NCBI RefSeq assembly: GCF_037042905.1
Contig: NC_087251.1
Location: 19,532,001-19,596,000, forward strand
Direction of reading: 5' to 3'
Length of the DNA: 64,000 nucleotides
From: Lytechinus pictus
Taxonomy: Eukaryota
Shown: piece by piece, positions 25,251-38,400 of the stretch
Numbering within the stretch: position 1 is the first letter of the stretch
How the letters are laid out: the number at the start of each line of letters is the position of its first letter
The notes under the pieces: model-generated
Told to the model about the DNA's origin: nothing
Database searches by the model: none
Seen by the model: the letters and a program-made list of their open reading frames with translations, nothing else
Made by a program: the position numbers and the translations under genes

Positions 25251-27791
25251 TCAACTAATCAATAATGCAAATACTTAAAGAAAGTTGCGATAGAGAGAGG
25301 AATGTGTTGCGAGAGAGGGAGATAGAGAGAGAGAGAGAGGGGGGGGGAGATTGATGAGGAGGAGCGTCCGGAGAGGGAGGGGTGAAGGGATGAGACTGGG
25401 GTCTTTGAAAGGGAGGGGGTGAAGAGAGTGCGAATGAATTTAATGAAATTATCCTGATATTATAGAAACATAAATGTGATGAGATTGTGGGAATTGGGGT
25501 AAGCACTCGATACCACGCAACAATAACTGCACCCAAGATAGCCCAAAACATTATTTTCCTGATTAGAAAGGAATATGTAACTTGATATGTTGGTCTAGTT
25601 ATCTCTGTCCCTACAGATGATGGCATTTCTCATCTTTCAAAAGTACAGGTCAACCAACTACATCCCGTAAGTCATCTGCCTTCAAAGGAACCATCTCCGT
25701 TCATACCACCGACTAATCATCTTCCGTCATGTGACATAAAAGTGACGATTACTGAAACTAAACAAAGAACAAAAGAAAGGATGAAATGGAAGCATTGTCC
25801 GTTCCCGGTGTCCCGTGAGGGCACACCCGTCGTTGTATCATACAGAGAGGATGGAAAGAGTTCTCTTCAAATTTAATAAAGTATCGCTCAAAAAGTTACA
25901 AGTACAAAACGTCTCCAATTCATTAATTTAATAGAAGCATATTGCGCGGGGCACCCAACAGCGCCTCGGTTTGAGCACAGACCCTACTTAGAGCGATGGA
26001 GCTATAAGGGCTGTGTTTGGATTGCAAACCCCTCCACATTGATCCCAAAGTACCACCGTCTGTGATAAACTGATGTGTGTTATCCATGGCATTTGCATCC
26101 ATGTTGGGAGTCGGTGGTGAGCTGAGGAGATGTCAATAAGAATAATTGCGTTATTACAACATCCATTGTCGAGAGTATATTTTGCCGGGCAAGGCAAGTT
26201 AGTCGTATCTGGGTTAATGCCGAGGTTACAGGGTCGTGACCCTAGCCCCTACGGTCCTGCATGGTAGTAACCACTCTCTAATTAGGAGGAACAGAAGTAC
26301 CGCAAGAATAGAAACAAAATAACAAACTTTCATTTTTTAGTTTATTACAGATGGGTTTTAAAGGAAAAATCTGGATTACACGCTTCAAACATTATGTATT
26401 CACGATCATTTTCGATTGTATATCGTATCTATATTGGAATTATATGCACATGGTGATGTTTCTCAATGTTTTCTCAAACAAGACGAGTATAATTATGAAA
26501 GCTTTTTTTGCTGTCTTAACAGGAAAAAAGTAAAATATCAGTTGCAATAGACTGTTTCACAAGGAAGAGCCCCTCATAATATTCTATTGACGTCAATATT
26601 TCATTCTTATACAGCTTCCCTGGCTGAAAGTTCATATTCCCGGAATCCCACTTAATCAATTCGTTAACGGACAAAACAATTGATAACACTCAAGTAAATT
26701 GTATGGTTGCAATTAACCTGAATGAAAAAAACTCCCTGATTTTTCACTTAGATAACTACAATACTGGTTTTAGTAATATTATATATCTAAATCGTATGTA
26801 GAAAGAGAATTCACCATTTTCAAAATGGTGCCCGTTCTTCTCAAATGGAAAATTTTGTACTAATTCACAAAGCACAACATATGCAGATTTCAACTTTCAA
26901 AATGATATCAAATATTTATATTTTCTTATTCTTGCATGAATATGTTTAACAGAGTTTAATTGCCTATTTTGACCCTTACTTTACATCATTTACACAGTTT
27001 TCACATCCCTATCAGGAATCACAATGGTAGCATATTTGATTTATTTTTCAATTCCATGGATTTACCCTCCAAACCTGATTTCACGACATCTTTCTCGATG
27101 ACTTTATTAATGAATTCAAACTGCCATATTCAAAATGTTCTGTAACAATTTAGTATTCTTCTAGAACCGCCCCTAGTAATTATCAAGTAGTGGAGAGGAG
27201 GGAAATAAATAGAAAAAATCAAAAAGAAGGAAGAAAGGGGAAGAAAAAAAAATAGGAGTTTGAAAAAGAGAAGTCTTAGTCGTATAGCTCTATATCACTT
27301 TTTTTTTTATCCAATGTAATAAAAAAAAACCGAAACTATAAGGTCGTTTTGCCCCCAATAAAAGCATACGCTGGAAGTAAACTCTTGTCAAAATAGTAAT
27401 AATTATAATAAAGGAAGAAAAAAAAATCATATAACAAAACGATTGATATAGGATTAAATGCATTATCATGATTATATTCGAATGAAAATATACATCAATA
27501 TCATTCCAAATGACAAGGTGCAAAACGAGAGTGTCATAAAAAAACACGGTAAAGAAACTTTTGATACTCTTGAAGAGAATAACATTAATTAAATCTTAAC
27601 CTATCCAGTGAATTTATTAATTCCGTTCATTAGAAGATTGTGGGTAAGACATCACATGGTACTTTTTCTCAAATGATGTCTTTAAAACGGAATGATACAG
27701 ATTTGTTCTTTCTTCTCAATGTATTATGGGTAGGGATTAACCCTGATCTAACAGGTTGTTTCATTTTGATCTGACCCGTAGGGCCCATTGG

Positions 27792-27856
27792 TCTAGTTAC
27801 TTACACCCTTCTCTCTCCCCTTTCTAGTTACTTACACCCTTCTCTCTCCCCTTTCT
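27792..27856. repeat. Exact 31-bp tandem duplication
   Basis: tctagttacttacacccttctctctcccctt repeated twice. Confidence 0.95.
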
Positions 27857-28181
27857 GCGACTCCTCCGCCTTATGCTACAGTTCACTATAACGACGCCAA
27901 CTCCAAACCGACCTCTTGAAGCAATGTAATCACTTATATCGTTTTAGAGTCGGATTAGCCGGTGTTACTGAGGCATTGTTAAGAGCATTCAATGTCAATC
28001 GCACTAAAATACCGCGACAGTTCTCTCTTTTTTTCTTCAAATTATAGAGAGACCCAAGCTATAATTTTTTTAGAAAAATCGTCCTATAGTTGGTATTGTA
28101 ACTTTAAAAATTGTAACACTTAACAACGATGAAATAAATAATAAAAAATCTATTGCTGTATGGTTATATCATAATTTGTAA

Positions 28182-28834
28182 AGGGGTATCTCCAGGTTGA
28201 AGATAATTAAATCTCAATATATATAGAGTATATTTAAACGAGCATAACGCTGAAAATTTGATCAAAATCTGATAAAAGATAACAATTATTGCATTGTAAC
28301 TTCTGAAGGTTTCCATGGCGAAGAAGAATAGTGTAATAGGTTTCACGGTACATCATGTTTCTTTCTTGGGCAAGTGTTGGTCCTGAAAATGACCACCCAA
28401 TCTCGACGTTTTTATTGCATTTCAAAGTTGATATTTTGTGTTCGAAAACCAAGATTAGAACATATGCAATCATGGATATTCAATAGGTTTACTGAATGAT
28501 ACCATGTTTCCATGTTCTTTTCCCTTATTTCATACATAATCATCACGTGTAACAGTTTAGGTTGCAGCAATATCGTTATACAGGAAGAAAACTGAATAAA
28601 TGTAATGCAATATAATAACATAAAAAAGAAAGGGGCCGGGGGAGTGACATCCTCAGAACGATAATTGTCATGATTATTTGTATAGAACTATATATTTCAC
28701 TGAAATAATGCAAAAATGGTAATGTAATAAACGTGTTGTTCCTTGTCCGAATTCGATGGAATTTGAAGTATTTTGTGTGTCTGAATTTTGATCTGTTCAA
28801 ATGATATTATTCTTATCCTGTTTAGATTACCCCT
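28182..28834. mobile_element. Kolobok/T2-like MITE, different subfamily
   Basis: gtaa|aggggtatc ... gattacccct|ttaa. Shares the subterminal 'ctgaaaatttgatcaaaatctgata' block with the other TTAA elements. Confidence 0.75.
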
Positions 28835-31800
28835 TTAAGGAACTTATTTTATAAATAACTTACTGCTCTTCACTGTTTTAATCTTTATTACTAGTCATTG
28901 TGTGTTTTGGACGTTCGTGACTTACCTGATATGGCTCTTCGTGTCAATTTTCGAAGTTTGAAGAAAGGTGACATAATAATAGAATATATCAAGAACAACA
29001 AATGTCTGATGACCTTTCTGTTCTCTTCACAAATGGCTTGAGTTTGAGTGGGGAAATTGTTTTCTATGCATGGGCTTGACTTCACGATGTGTTTTCACAC
29101 GTACAGCCTTAATTTGATAGCTTCATTTCCAGATACCTCATATCAAATTAGTTTAAAAAGTCTCTTTGGGATCAATATCGGACAAGACTTGGCAAGTTGT
29201 TCTGCTTATTAAAACAGGACACAGACATGAGAGAAGAGACCGAATTCGGTATAAGGACATCAGTATACGCTTGCCAAGCCTGAGGAAACATCGTGAATAG
29301 ATTTAAAAGCAATGAATCAGAAATTGGTGACTAACCAAACAATTTAGCAGTGAAGATAGAAGAAGGAAGAAAGGGTGATTTGGCATGATATTGGATGATA
29401 GGTAAGGCAAGCCTCAGTGGAACTGATATGATAGAGAAGGTAAACAAGTACACTGGAAGAGTCAACAGACAATGAGGAATCTTCTCAACGAGGCAGAACC
29501 GTTGACCACTGATACATGGCATGCATGGACGAGAGAGAGAGAGAGGAAGGGATGGAGAGGGAGGGGGACAGAAAGGGAGGGGAGAGGGGGAGAGAGGGGG
29601 GAGATGACGAAAGGGAGAGAGTAGAAAAAAGAGAGAAAGACAGGGGGAGAGAGTGAAAGAATGAGAGCGTGGGATAAGTTGCCTTGAACATGTTGAAGGA
29701 AAGTTTTTTCTCTGCCAATTATTTCAATGAATGAATATATATTATCAAGATGCCTTGATAAAGATAAGATGCATAATCTCTATTACCATTATTTTATTGA
29801 CAAATAAAAAATTTCATTATTTATAGATTACGAGAAGGGGCAGGGTCCATCCAAATGAATTTTGGCAATATGACTGTATTGGAAAATAGTATTCTACTGT
29901 GGTAAGTAATGTCAGTATATACGCCACTTTGAAAATTAAAATCGACATGGTCTATTAACAGTTCCTCTAGATTCTACATGACACTTCGAGAGATAGTTAA
30001 GTGCTCCATTGATCTCAAATAAAGATGAATTATTTTACATGGCAAAATTACTCTATCGACAGGATCGAGGCTAGATGAAATTTATTCAATTTATCATCAA
30101 AGAAAATAATTGAATGAGCCTTTATTCACCCCTTTTTATAAATAATTGTTAAACGGGTCATATTGTGCGGGGCGGGGCTGTCTGACAGAGTTCGCTGCGG
30201 GAGGGGGAAAGGTAATGGACAATCGCACAAATTTGAGGTCGGTAGTCGGAGAGAAGAAATAATAATGACAGAGTGAGAGGGTTAGAGAGAAAGATGAAAA
30301 AATGAAGGAGATAGATAGAAATGAAGAAAAACTAAGAAAAACCAATTGAAATTAGCATACTCGCAGGTAGTTGTAACTTAATTTGATTTCTTGCTCTCTT
30401 TAGCACAATTGCTCTACCGGACATTAGCTAAGGTCAGGTGACCATTTAACAAATCGAATATGTGGGCGAGCGGGGATGAGGAAGGGGGGGGGGTATTCTT
30501 TTCATTCCATCACCGAATATCTTGCATCGCCGCATCATGGAGCTACAGCAAACTATCCGTTACACGACGGTCACATCAATGGACATCGATTGAGGACTAT
30601 TCAAACAAGACCAAAAACCGATTGGGTATCACTGAATTGGGGGCCCCTTGCACACCTTCAGACGGCCTCGATAGAGATCCTTGCGGAGAAGCAGAAATTC
30701 TGCATCACTTCCTTAAAGGTGTCAAAGAATTCTCATCTTTGGTTAGACTCACGCAGAAAAGGTCGACTTAGCTCTATAATGTAAGGAAATATTCCATCGT
30801 ATTATTTAAAGGTGTCACTTGACACTTGTGCCAAGGAAATTCCAACAAGCACAAGCAGAAAAAAACAATACTATTGAGTAAATTAATTTATTGAAAAAAA
30901 AAATGAAATTAAAGACTGATAATAAAATGCATATTGTTATATTTATTTAAAGATTACACGTATATCACATGTAAATTTATATACAATAATAGTGGTTTAT
31001 GTAATTATATTCTTAGGGGAAATCTAATGTGAAATAACAACAAAATGAAACCTTTCGTTATCTAACGAAGATAGCACAAATAAAAATGCATTTTAAAGTT
31101 ATTCTGAAATACTATACGAGCGATGAAACTGCAAATCAGTCATTTACATATCATTATTGAATCCATTTTTTTGCGTTTTACTACAAAGATTTTCAATCAT
31201 TTTTAATTTAAAACGTTTTTTTATTGGGAGGGTAGGTTATGACACTAGATGAATACAAAATGGAAACTGGGACATGAAATCATCATCAATTTACTCATAA
31301 CAATGGTCAACTTAGCATCTGTTCTCATGTAATGCACTCATCTGGGTTCTTGATCTTGTTCAATGCTACATGCTCTATTTATTTATATCATATCAATATT
31401 CCGACCCAGGGAACTCCTTAAGGCACAGCCATATTCACCAGAAGAAAGGTCAATGCCGTGAATTCTTAATTACTGCCTGCCATCAGCGACAATTGAAGTA
31501 TAAATAAATATGTTATTATTTTCCGACACTCGTACACTTGTATTCCTTCGGAGAGCCTGAATTGCCCCCAAACACTTCAACATCTAACTAAGATAGCTTT
31601 AGAGCCAATCTGGAATATTATCGGGGATATGCATATAAATCTAAACCAATGCATGGGTATAGTAACACAGACAGTCATCATCATCTTAATTTAAGGTAAG
31701 TTGTAAACAACAGCACACACATAATGATCTTGCCAGCCATGGCGACTTATTGGCTATTATACACGTTCTGAGATTACCTTATCAATAAACGCAGGGACTG

Positions 31801-32193
31801 ACAACAGAACAATTGGGTGCGTTAATGAAATATATGAAAATGATTATGATGTGTAATCATTTTTCTTATGATCATAATTTCAAATGATAATTTTGGAATG
31901 TTCTGATGTTTCTCCCTGAATAGAACCATCATTTGTGAGTCTTCATCTATCATCTTACACTGAGAATCCTAATCTACATAACGATCGCAGGAGTTAAAAA
32001 ACAAAATGCGGTAATTTTTGTAGCACTATATGACATTTTATTTTATTTTACATTTCCCAAGGTCTAGGCAATCTCAACGCGGGTAAAAGCAACACCATCA
32101 ACAATAATGTATACGATTATGAAAGTTCAACTGTGTTTGTTGAAAATAAGGATAACTTGTACTTTTGTTCTCAACATAATAAAGAAAAGAATC

Positions 32194-32357
32194 CTCGAAA
32201 TTTTCGGCTGCTAACTGCGGTCTTCCTCAATGATGACCGAAGTGACCCGATTTGACCTGGTGACGTAGCGATCGATGATCGGGTCGTAAACACTGGGAAG
32301 CTTGTATCGCCCTCCGTCCCTACTGAGAGAATGTTTGAACGCCCGGATGTAAATCAC
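32194..32357 (-). mobile_element. Penelope-like element 3' end (GIY-YIG C-terminus plus pLTR), inverted copy
   Basis: The minus strand translates VIYIRAFKHSLSRDGGRYKLPSVYDPII, matching the PLE endonuclease C-terminal motif EAIYIR..KPSLNRDGGRY.LP..YD. Confidence 0.85.
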
Positions 32358-32360
32358 CTG

Positions 32361-32505
32361 GGGCCCGTTGCAGAAAGAGTTGTAATCAATCGCAACTCTA
32401 AAAATCATGCCCTACTTGATTTTCAACCAATCAACAGCGCGCATTTGGGACTTGCGTTTGATTTTTTGACTTGCGTTTAAACGCAACTCTTTCTGCAACG
32501 GACCC
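32361..32505. mobile_element. PIF/Harbinger-type MITE (145 bp)
   Basis: 22-bp TIRs gggcccgttgcagaaagagttg / caactctttctgcaacggaccc, with a 3-bp TSD CTG (32358-32360, 32506-32508). Confidence 0.9.
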
Positions 32506-32688
32506 CTGGACAGGGAGCCGCGGTACTTTGAGAGAGGTGTCAAAGAAGCGATTTACATCCGGGCGTTCAAACCTTTTCTCAATAGGGACATGCTTTCGAG
32601 TGATTATCGATCGCTACATCACCAGGTCAAATCGGGTCACTTCGGTCATCGCTGAGGAAGGTTGCAGTTAGCTGCCGAAAATTTCTAG
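32506..32688 (+). mobile_element. Penelope-like element 3' end (GIY-YIG C-terminus plus pLTR)
   Basis: Translates LDREPRYFERGVKEAIYIRAFKPFLNRD and is the inverted counterpart of 32194-32357. Confidence 0.88.
32648..32688 (+). ncRNA. Minimal hammerhead ribozyme-like motif in the Penelope pLTR (probably decayed)
   Basis: CUGAGGA-A-ggttgc agtta gctgcc-GAAA-auuuc. The mirror copy reads ttgaggaa gaccgc agtta gcagcc gaaaatttc, and the two together give a consensus stem II GGCUGC/GCAGCC. Confidence 0.55.
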
Positions 32689-34872
32689 GTACTTCTTCAG
32701 ATTTTTCTTTATGTGTCAAGAAAAAAAGTTTAACTTTCTTTAACAATAATGTAGTTGTGTCTTTTTGGCTCTCATTGCATACCAATTGCCATTAAAAATA
32801 ACGTTTTTATTTAATTAGGAAAGTATTTATGTATTTGGTGAGACGGGCCTCTTCCGTGATTGTGATGAGTAAGTTTTACCTTAATCTCGGTCAGAAATCA
32901 TTTTTTCTCTCTGCGTTGGTGGATGTAAATATATTATTCCCGATGGCCCATACAAGGATTTTTTTTCGGCAGATGGCGAGTATTATAAAGAAAACAAGTT
33001 TTAGGTTCAAAGTGAAAAGTCATTTCGGAATATCGATAGAAAGGATGACACTGCGTCTATTGTTGGTTGTACTCTTGATTAATCACTGTATATTTCATGG
33101 TGGTGAATGAATAGTTGTTAATAATAAAGAAATCACAATCATAAACGGGGAAAAGAGGAAAGTGTAACAAAACGGAGGATAATATGAATGGAACGAAACA
33201 TTATGTACGATTAATATGGAGACTTGGTATTGCCCTTAACGAGTACCCGAGAACAAAGAAGAGTTACTGTCTTCTTAGAAGCCTGCCCTATATCAATATA
33301 ATCCCTGGTAATGGCAGGTGTTTTGCAGAGATTTAGGCAAGAGGTTCTATGTCAAGTTTATGCCTGAAATAAATTTGTTTTCCCGATGTTTGAACAATGA
33401 TAACAAAATACAGTTAACAAATCGATCGCATTTCATAGCCAAGCACCATTGGCAAAGCCGGTGTGATAAGTTGCACCGAAGGCGCCTGCACCCTGTGTAG
33501 CTATCATCAAATGGCCCCCCTTCCCCCTCCTACTTTCCGCACTTCCCTGCCGAGTGCGGTCTGTGCGTACAGTGCACGCCACTTCCGTGAAACACATCCG
33601 GACTTAGCGCATCGAATACACGTCCTCCGTACGTTAACGGCAATGGCGCCAAATATTTCCTCTCCCCTCTCTCTCTCCAACAACTTAAATCTTTTTCTAT
33701 CTGTCCTACCATTCCCCCTCTCTCTGTCTTTCTCTATCTTATTGAACCGCCCTTTATTCATTTTCCTTCCCTATATCACAGGGTAAAAACTTCTTCAATC
33801 ACCCATTTAGCCCTCACTCTCTCTGTCTCCCATTCTCTCTCCTTCTACCCCCTCATCCCAAGTCTCCATAAAAGACTATAGATCCCCGTCTTCAACTGAC
33901 TTTCCTCCTTTCTTCAGAAAAGCAGGTGATTTGATGTCTGGCCTTTTCTCGCCCTTTACGAGGAGAAAAATTGAGATGAAACTTATCGTTACAATGTGAA
34001 GTTGCTACAAGTATCGCCTCTGCATTTGCTACTATGTATATATGGACCCAATTGTTGCGTTTCACCGTCGTGTTACACACACCTGGACGTCTTTCTCAAT
34101 ATGTCAATAAGTTCAATTATAATCTCTTTTATATGCATTAAGGTGTGTTTAATGTGCTTTGCACTAATGAAAAGCTCTACAAGTGTCCAAAAATGTGTGA
34201 GCTTATCCCAACCGTGTAATTTGTTCATTTAATAGATTGGTTTATGGTGTCGTAAGAGGGCGGAAAGTGAGGCTGCAATGTTGTCAAGAAATAAGGCTTA
34301 TTAAGGCTTATTCTCAGGAGCGAAGTAGAAAGTATTGGAAAACAACATCAGAAATGCTTGAGTCGTTGAGGAAGGTGACTGGAGAAAGAATGAAACAGCG
34401 ACTTACAAAACACATAAGTGACAAGCTAGTTAATATTGATGATAAAAATACATACATATTTTGAGGCATAATGTTTCAACATCTTCCTTAGATAGCAAAG
34501 TCTTGACATTGGAAACGAAGTTGTTAGATTTCAACTGGCCAATAACAAGGAAAGACACTTGAAAGGGTGATACATAATTATGAAAATAAATAAAAATGTG
34601 CTTTGATATAAAGTTTATTTTTCATATTTTCATAACAAGAAATATATATTTTGCATATATTTGATATTAACATTCATCATCATTTTGCTAATATTTATTT
34701 ATTTTAATATATTTTTAATCGATATATAACTTATGCATTAGTTTAATTTCATGTCTTCTATCACATTTTAGACAAAAAAAGCCATCCAAAAAACAAACAA
34801 AAACACCTTAAAACATTCCCAAAACAACCCAAAGCATGTTTTCTATACCCACTTTTGACCAATTCAACTTAA

Positions 34873-35466
34873 AGGTCAAGTCCACACCAGAAAAATGTTG
34901 ATTTGAATAAATAGAGAAAAATCAAACTAGCAAAACGCTGAAGATTTCATCAAAATCGGATGTAAACTAAGAAAGTTATACCATTTTAAAGTTTTGCTTA
35001 TTTTTCACAAAACAGTGATATGCACAACTCAAAAGAGACAGTCGATGATGTCCCCCACTTACTATATCTTTTGTTTTTTATTGTTTGAATTATACAATAT
35101 TTCATTTTTTTATAGATTTGATAATAAGGACCAACTTGACTGAATCATATAGTATTAAACAATACTTATTCCACATGTTCAGGGAGGAATTAATCGTTGT
35201 TCACTTGACAATGAGGAGAAAAATAGAATATTCCCTATTTCATATAATAAAATACAAAAGAAATAGTGAGTGGATGGCGTCATCAGTCTCCTCATTTGCA
35301 TATCCACCAGGATGTGCATAGTGACTATTTCGTGAAATTAAGCAAAACTTTAAAATGTCATAACTTTCTTATTTTACATCCGATTTTGATGAAATTTTCA
35401 GTGTTATGCTTGTTGGATTTTTCTCTTTTTATTCAAGTCAACTTTTTGTTGGGGTGGACTTGTCCT
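34873..35466. mobile_element. Kolobok/T2-like MITE, third subfamily
   Basis: ttaa|aggtcaagtccacacca ... tggggtggacttgtcct|ttaa, with long inverted subterminal arms (tttcatcaaaatcggatgtaaa / tttacatccgattttgatgaaa). Confidence 0.9.
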
Positions 35467-38400
35467 TTAATGTTGGACACGCGATATGAAATTATGCCTT
35501 ACTTGATTGCGCATGTAACGGAACAAAAATTTCAGGACATAATTTTTGCCTCTGGCCTTTAAATACCCGATTATTAAGTTTGTATGGAAGGTTCCAAAAG
35601 GTTAATGAATAGTATTACAGAGAAAAGCTAATTAAAATATTAACGGTTGGAAATATGAAATTGGTGACCACTAAGATTTTGAATTATTAATGACTTTCGA
35701 GTAGAGTTCATGTAATTGGCCCATTACCAAAGCTTTAGACGGTCTTTAGAGCTTTAGTTTTGTTCTCTCTCTTTATTTCTTATCCACGAAAGAAGATTTA
35801 TTGATTACATATCAATTCATAATCAATCTAGCTTTTGAATCACATAATGAAATCATACCGGCAAAGGTATTATTAAAAGGAATACCATGAAAACAACTGG
35901 ACGTGCGTCTAGGATTGGCAAGTTGCATTCCTTCAGCTGCATTGTGAGTCCGATCTAAGCAAACAATTTCGGAGTGTTAATGAACCGATTCAACATCGAA
36001 TTTCAACTGCAGAGAGCGCACGATCAATACTATCGGTGAAAATTTGAAATTCAATCAAACGCCATCCCCGCCTGTATGCCACTAGCCTCACTGACAGTCT
36101 ATATATTTAGATTTCTTTGAAATGTGCCAGGGAGATAGAGAGTGAGAGGGGTGGGTTGGAGAGAGAGAGGGGGAGAGAGACAATAAGCTGCAATAAGATG
36201 CGTTGTAGGTTTTTTACATTTTAAACTAACTTGTAACTTTTAAAACTGTTATTCATCTATCGTTTTGTTTAGGTGAGGTTGTGTGTGAGTGTGCGTTGTG
36301 TTTGCGCGTACGTAAATATATATATTTTAAAGCAATTTTTAGTGTCTGTATGTATTTTGTAAGACTCCACTATGTATTTCACTGTGGTTTTTACTGTGAA
36401 TTTAATGTGTTTTGTATCTGTACAGACATTGCCGGGTATAAAATATCGGATATCGAAAGGGCTACCCTGAATGAAGGAGACCTAATGAATAAACAAATAG
36501 ATAATCAAATTAGGAATTGTTCAAATTTTTATCTCACAGAAATTACAATTTTTTATCTCACAAAAATTACAAATTTCAAATGATAACATAACAAAGCTCT
36601 CTCAATAGATGGTCATGTCTGAGTGTAATGAACTTTAGGGAATATTTTTTTCACTCCTAGAGCTCCTGGTCCTTACAGAAAGCAAACGATAGGCCTATGT
36701 TATACCCACACAGTCCATGTATGTCAGATTTTGTTAATACATGTTCTTTTGATAATAAAAAAGTTACAAGTAGGTGTTTCGAGCATTTTAAGACTGAGTG
36801 ATATTAGATAATTTTTGATATTTACTGTTAAATATGATAATCACTGAACAACGTATATTTTTTTAATCACACCAGTTATTTTAATTGCACCAGTGAGCAT
36901 AAACATTTTCATTTAGACAGGAAAAGGGTCAAAGACATTTTTTGCAGCGGTGACGACAGTCTCTCGAGTTATTTGTTTTAATTTGCTGAAATTAATTTGC
37001 CACATGAATGATGTACATTCTGTTCCGATTTTAAATGGACCAATTAGGTTTAAGTGATAAATTTGTTTGGGTCTCACTTGAAGAAGTAGAAGAAGCGTTT
37101 TTTCATATAGGATGTAGAAAATTTATAAGCTTAGCTTCAGTACAGAAGTAGAAAGAAAATAATACTTTACCTCCCAAAGAGCAAGAAATACTTCAAAATA
37201 GACATATGCAATCTAAAAACAAACTAATGATTTGGATAACTGCTAGGTATCGATACCAATATCTAGTCTGCCATGTAACTTACTATATTCTTAAAAGAAA
37301 TTACAGTGTTCTATAAAGTAGTTCAATGTCACGATTAAAATACTAAGAACGAAAATTGACTAAAACAATGGTCGAACCCAGGTAATTTTGATTTTTGTCA
37401 GACGTGTATCAATCAGATATTTTTCGAATGAATATGCTAGTCACGAGAGCCTCATTCAATTATCTGCCAAAATAATAGTTATTAAATTCCATTTGAAGTA
37501 CTCATTTCTATTCAGATTTGGCAGATAAGGCTTGAACTAAACAATACGACGTTAATATTTCATGATGATGGTATAGTAATTGCAAGACTCAATTCCATCA
37601 TTTTTTAAAATAAAGATTAAGTGAAATTGATATCAGAAGTAGATATCAACCTCTTATCGATATAAGGAATGATTTGAATATATTTTCTTCAAGCAAGAAA
37701 TAATGAAATAATGCATGCATGCTTTTATGCCCAGTTTGTAATTCACTCCATTCATGCCATTTGTAATGTCGAATATGGAATGCTTATTTGTTCCTATTAT
37801 ATTTATGCGTCTGATTTTGGTGCCACATGAAGTTGTGAATAGGACATCATTTCGTCAATAAGTCTAATATGAGTTAAAGCCGATTAAAAATCTATAAAAA
37901 TACGCCAAACAAACAAGCAAAACACTCTTGCAAAGACAGCGATATTTTTTCTAAACATCTATAAAATGCAGTCCTAGCATGAAATTCCGTTTAAAAGATA
38001 GAAGCATATTCATAACGAATTATTTGACACTTAGTTACTGATGTACATAAATTATACTAATTAATACATTGCTACTGTATTATTTGCTGATGGCACCATG
38101 CTCATGCATAACAGGAGCTATAGCCACATGAAGCAGGAATGAGTGGACTTCCTTTTTTTTCATCTTATCAGAGATAATGAATCGGGGAATCGTCTTCTGA
38201 GTGACTATTTGTATAACACACCTGTCTTCTCTCTCTCTCTCATGAGCTATTGTGCTCTCAAATTCTGTTATACGAGTACCCTTTGATACTTATCATCGGC
38301 TCGCTTGAATAAGAGCAAGAAAAGTTTCTAGACAAATTAGTGCGAGGATCAATCGCAAGAAGGTAGCTCGCAGCTTGCCAAATGTAAATTTACCGAAACA

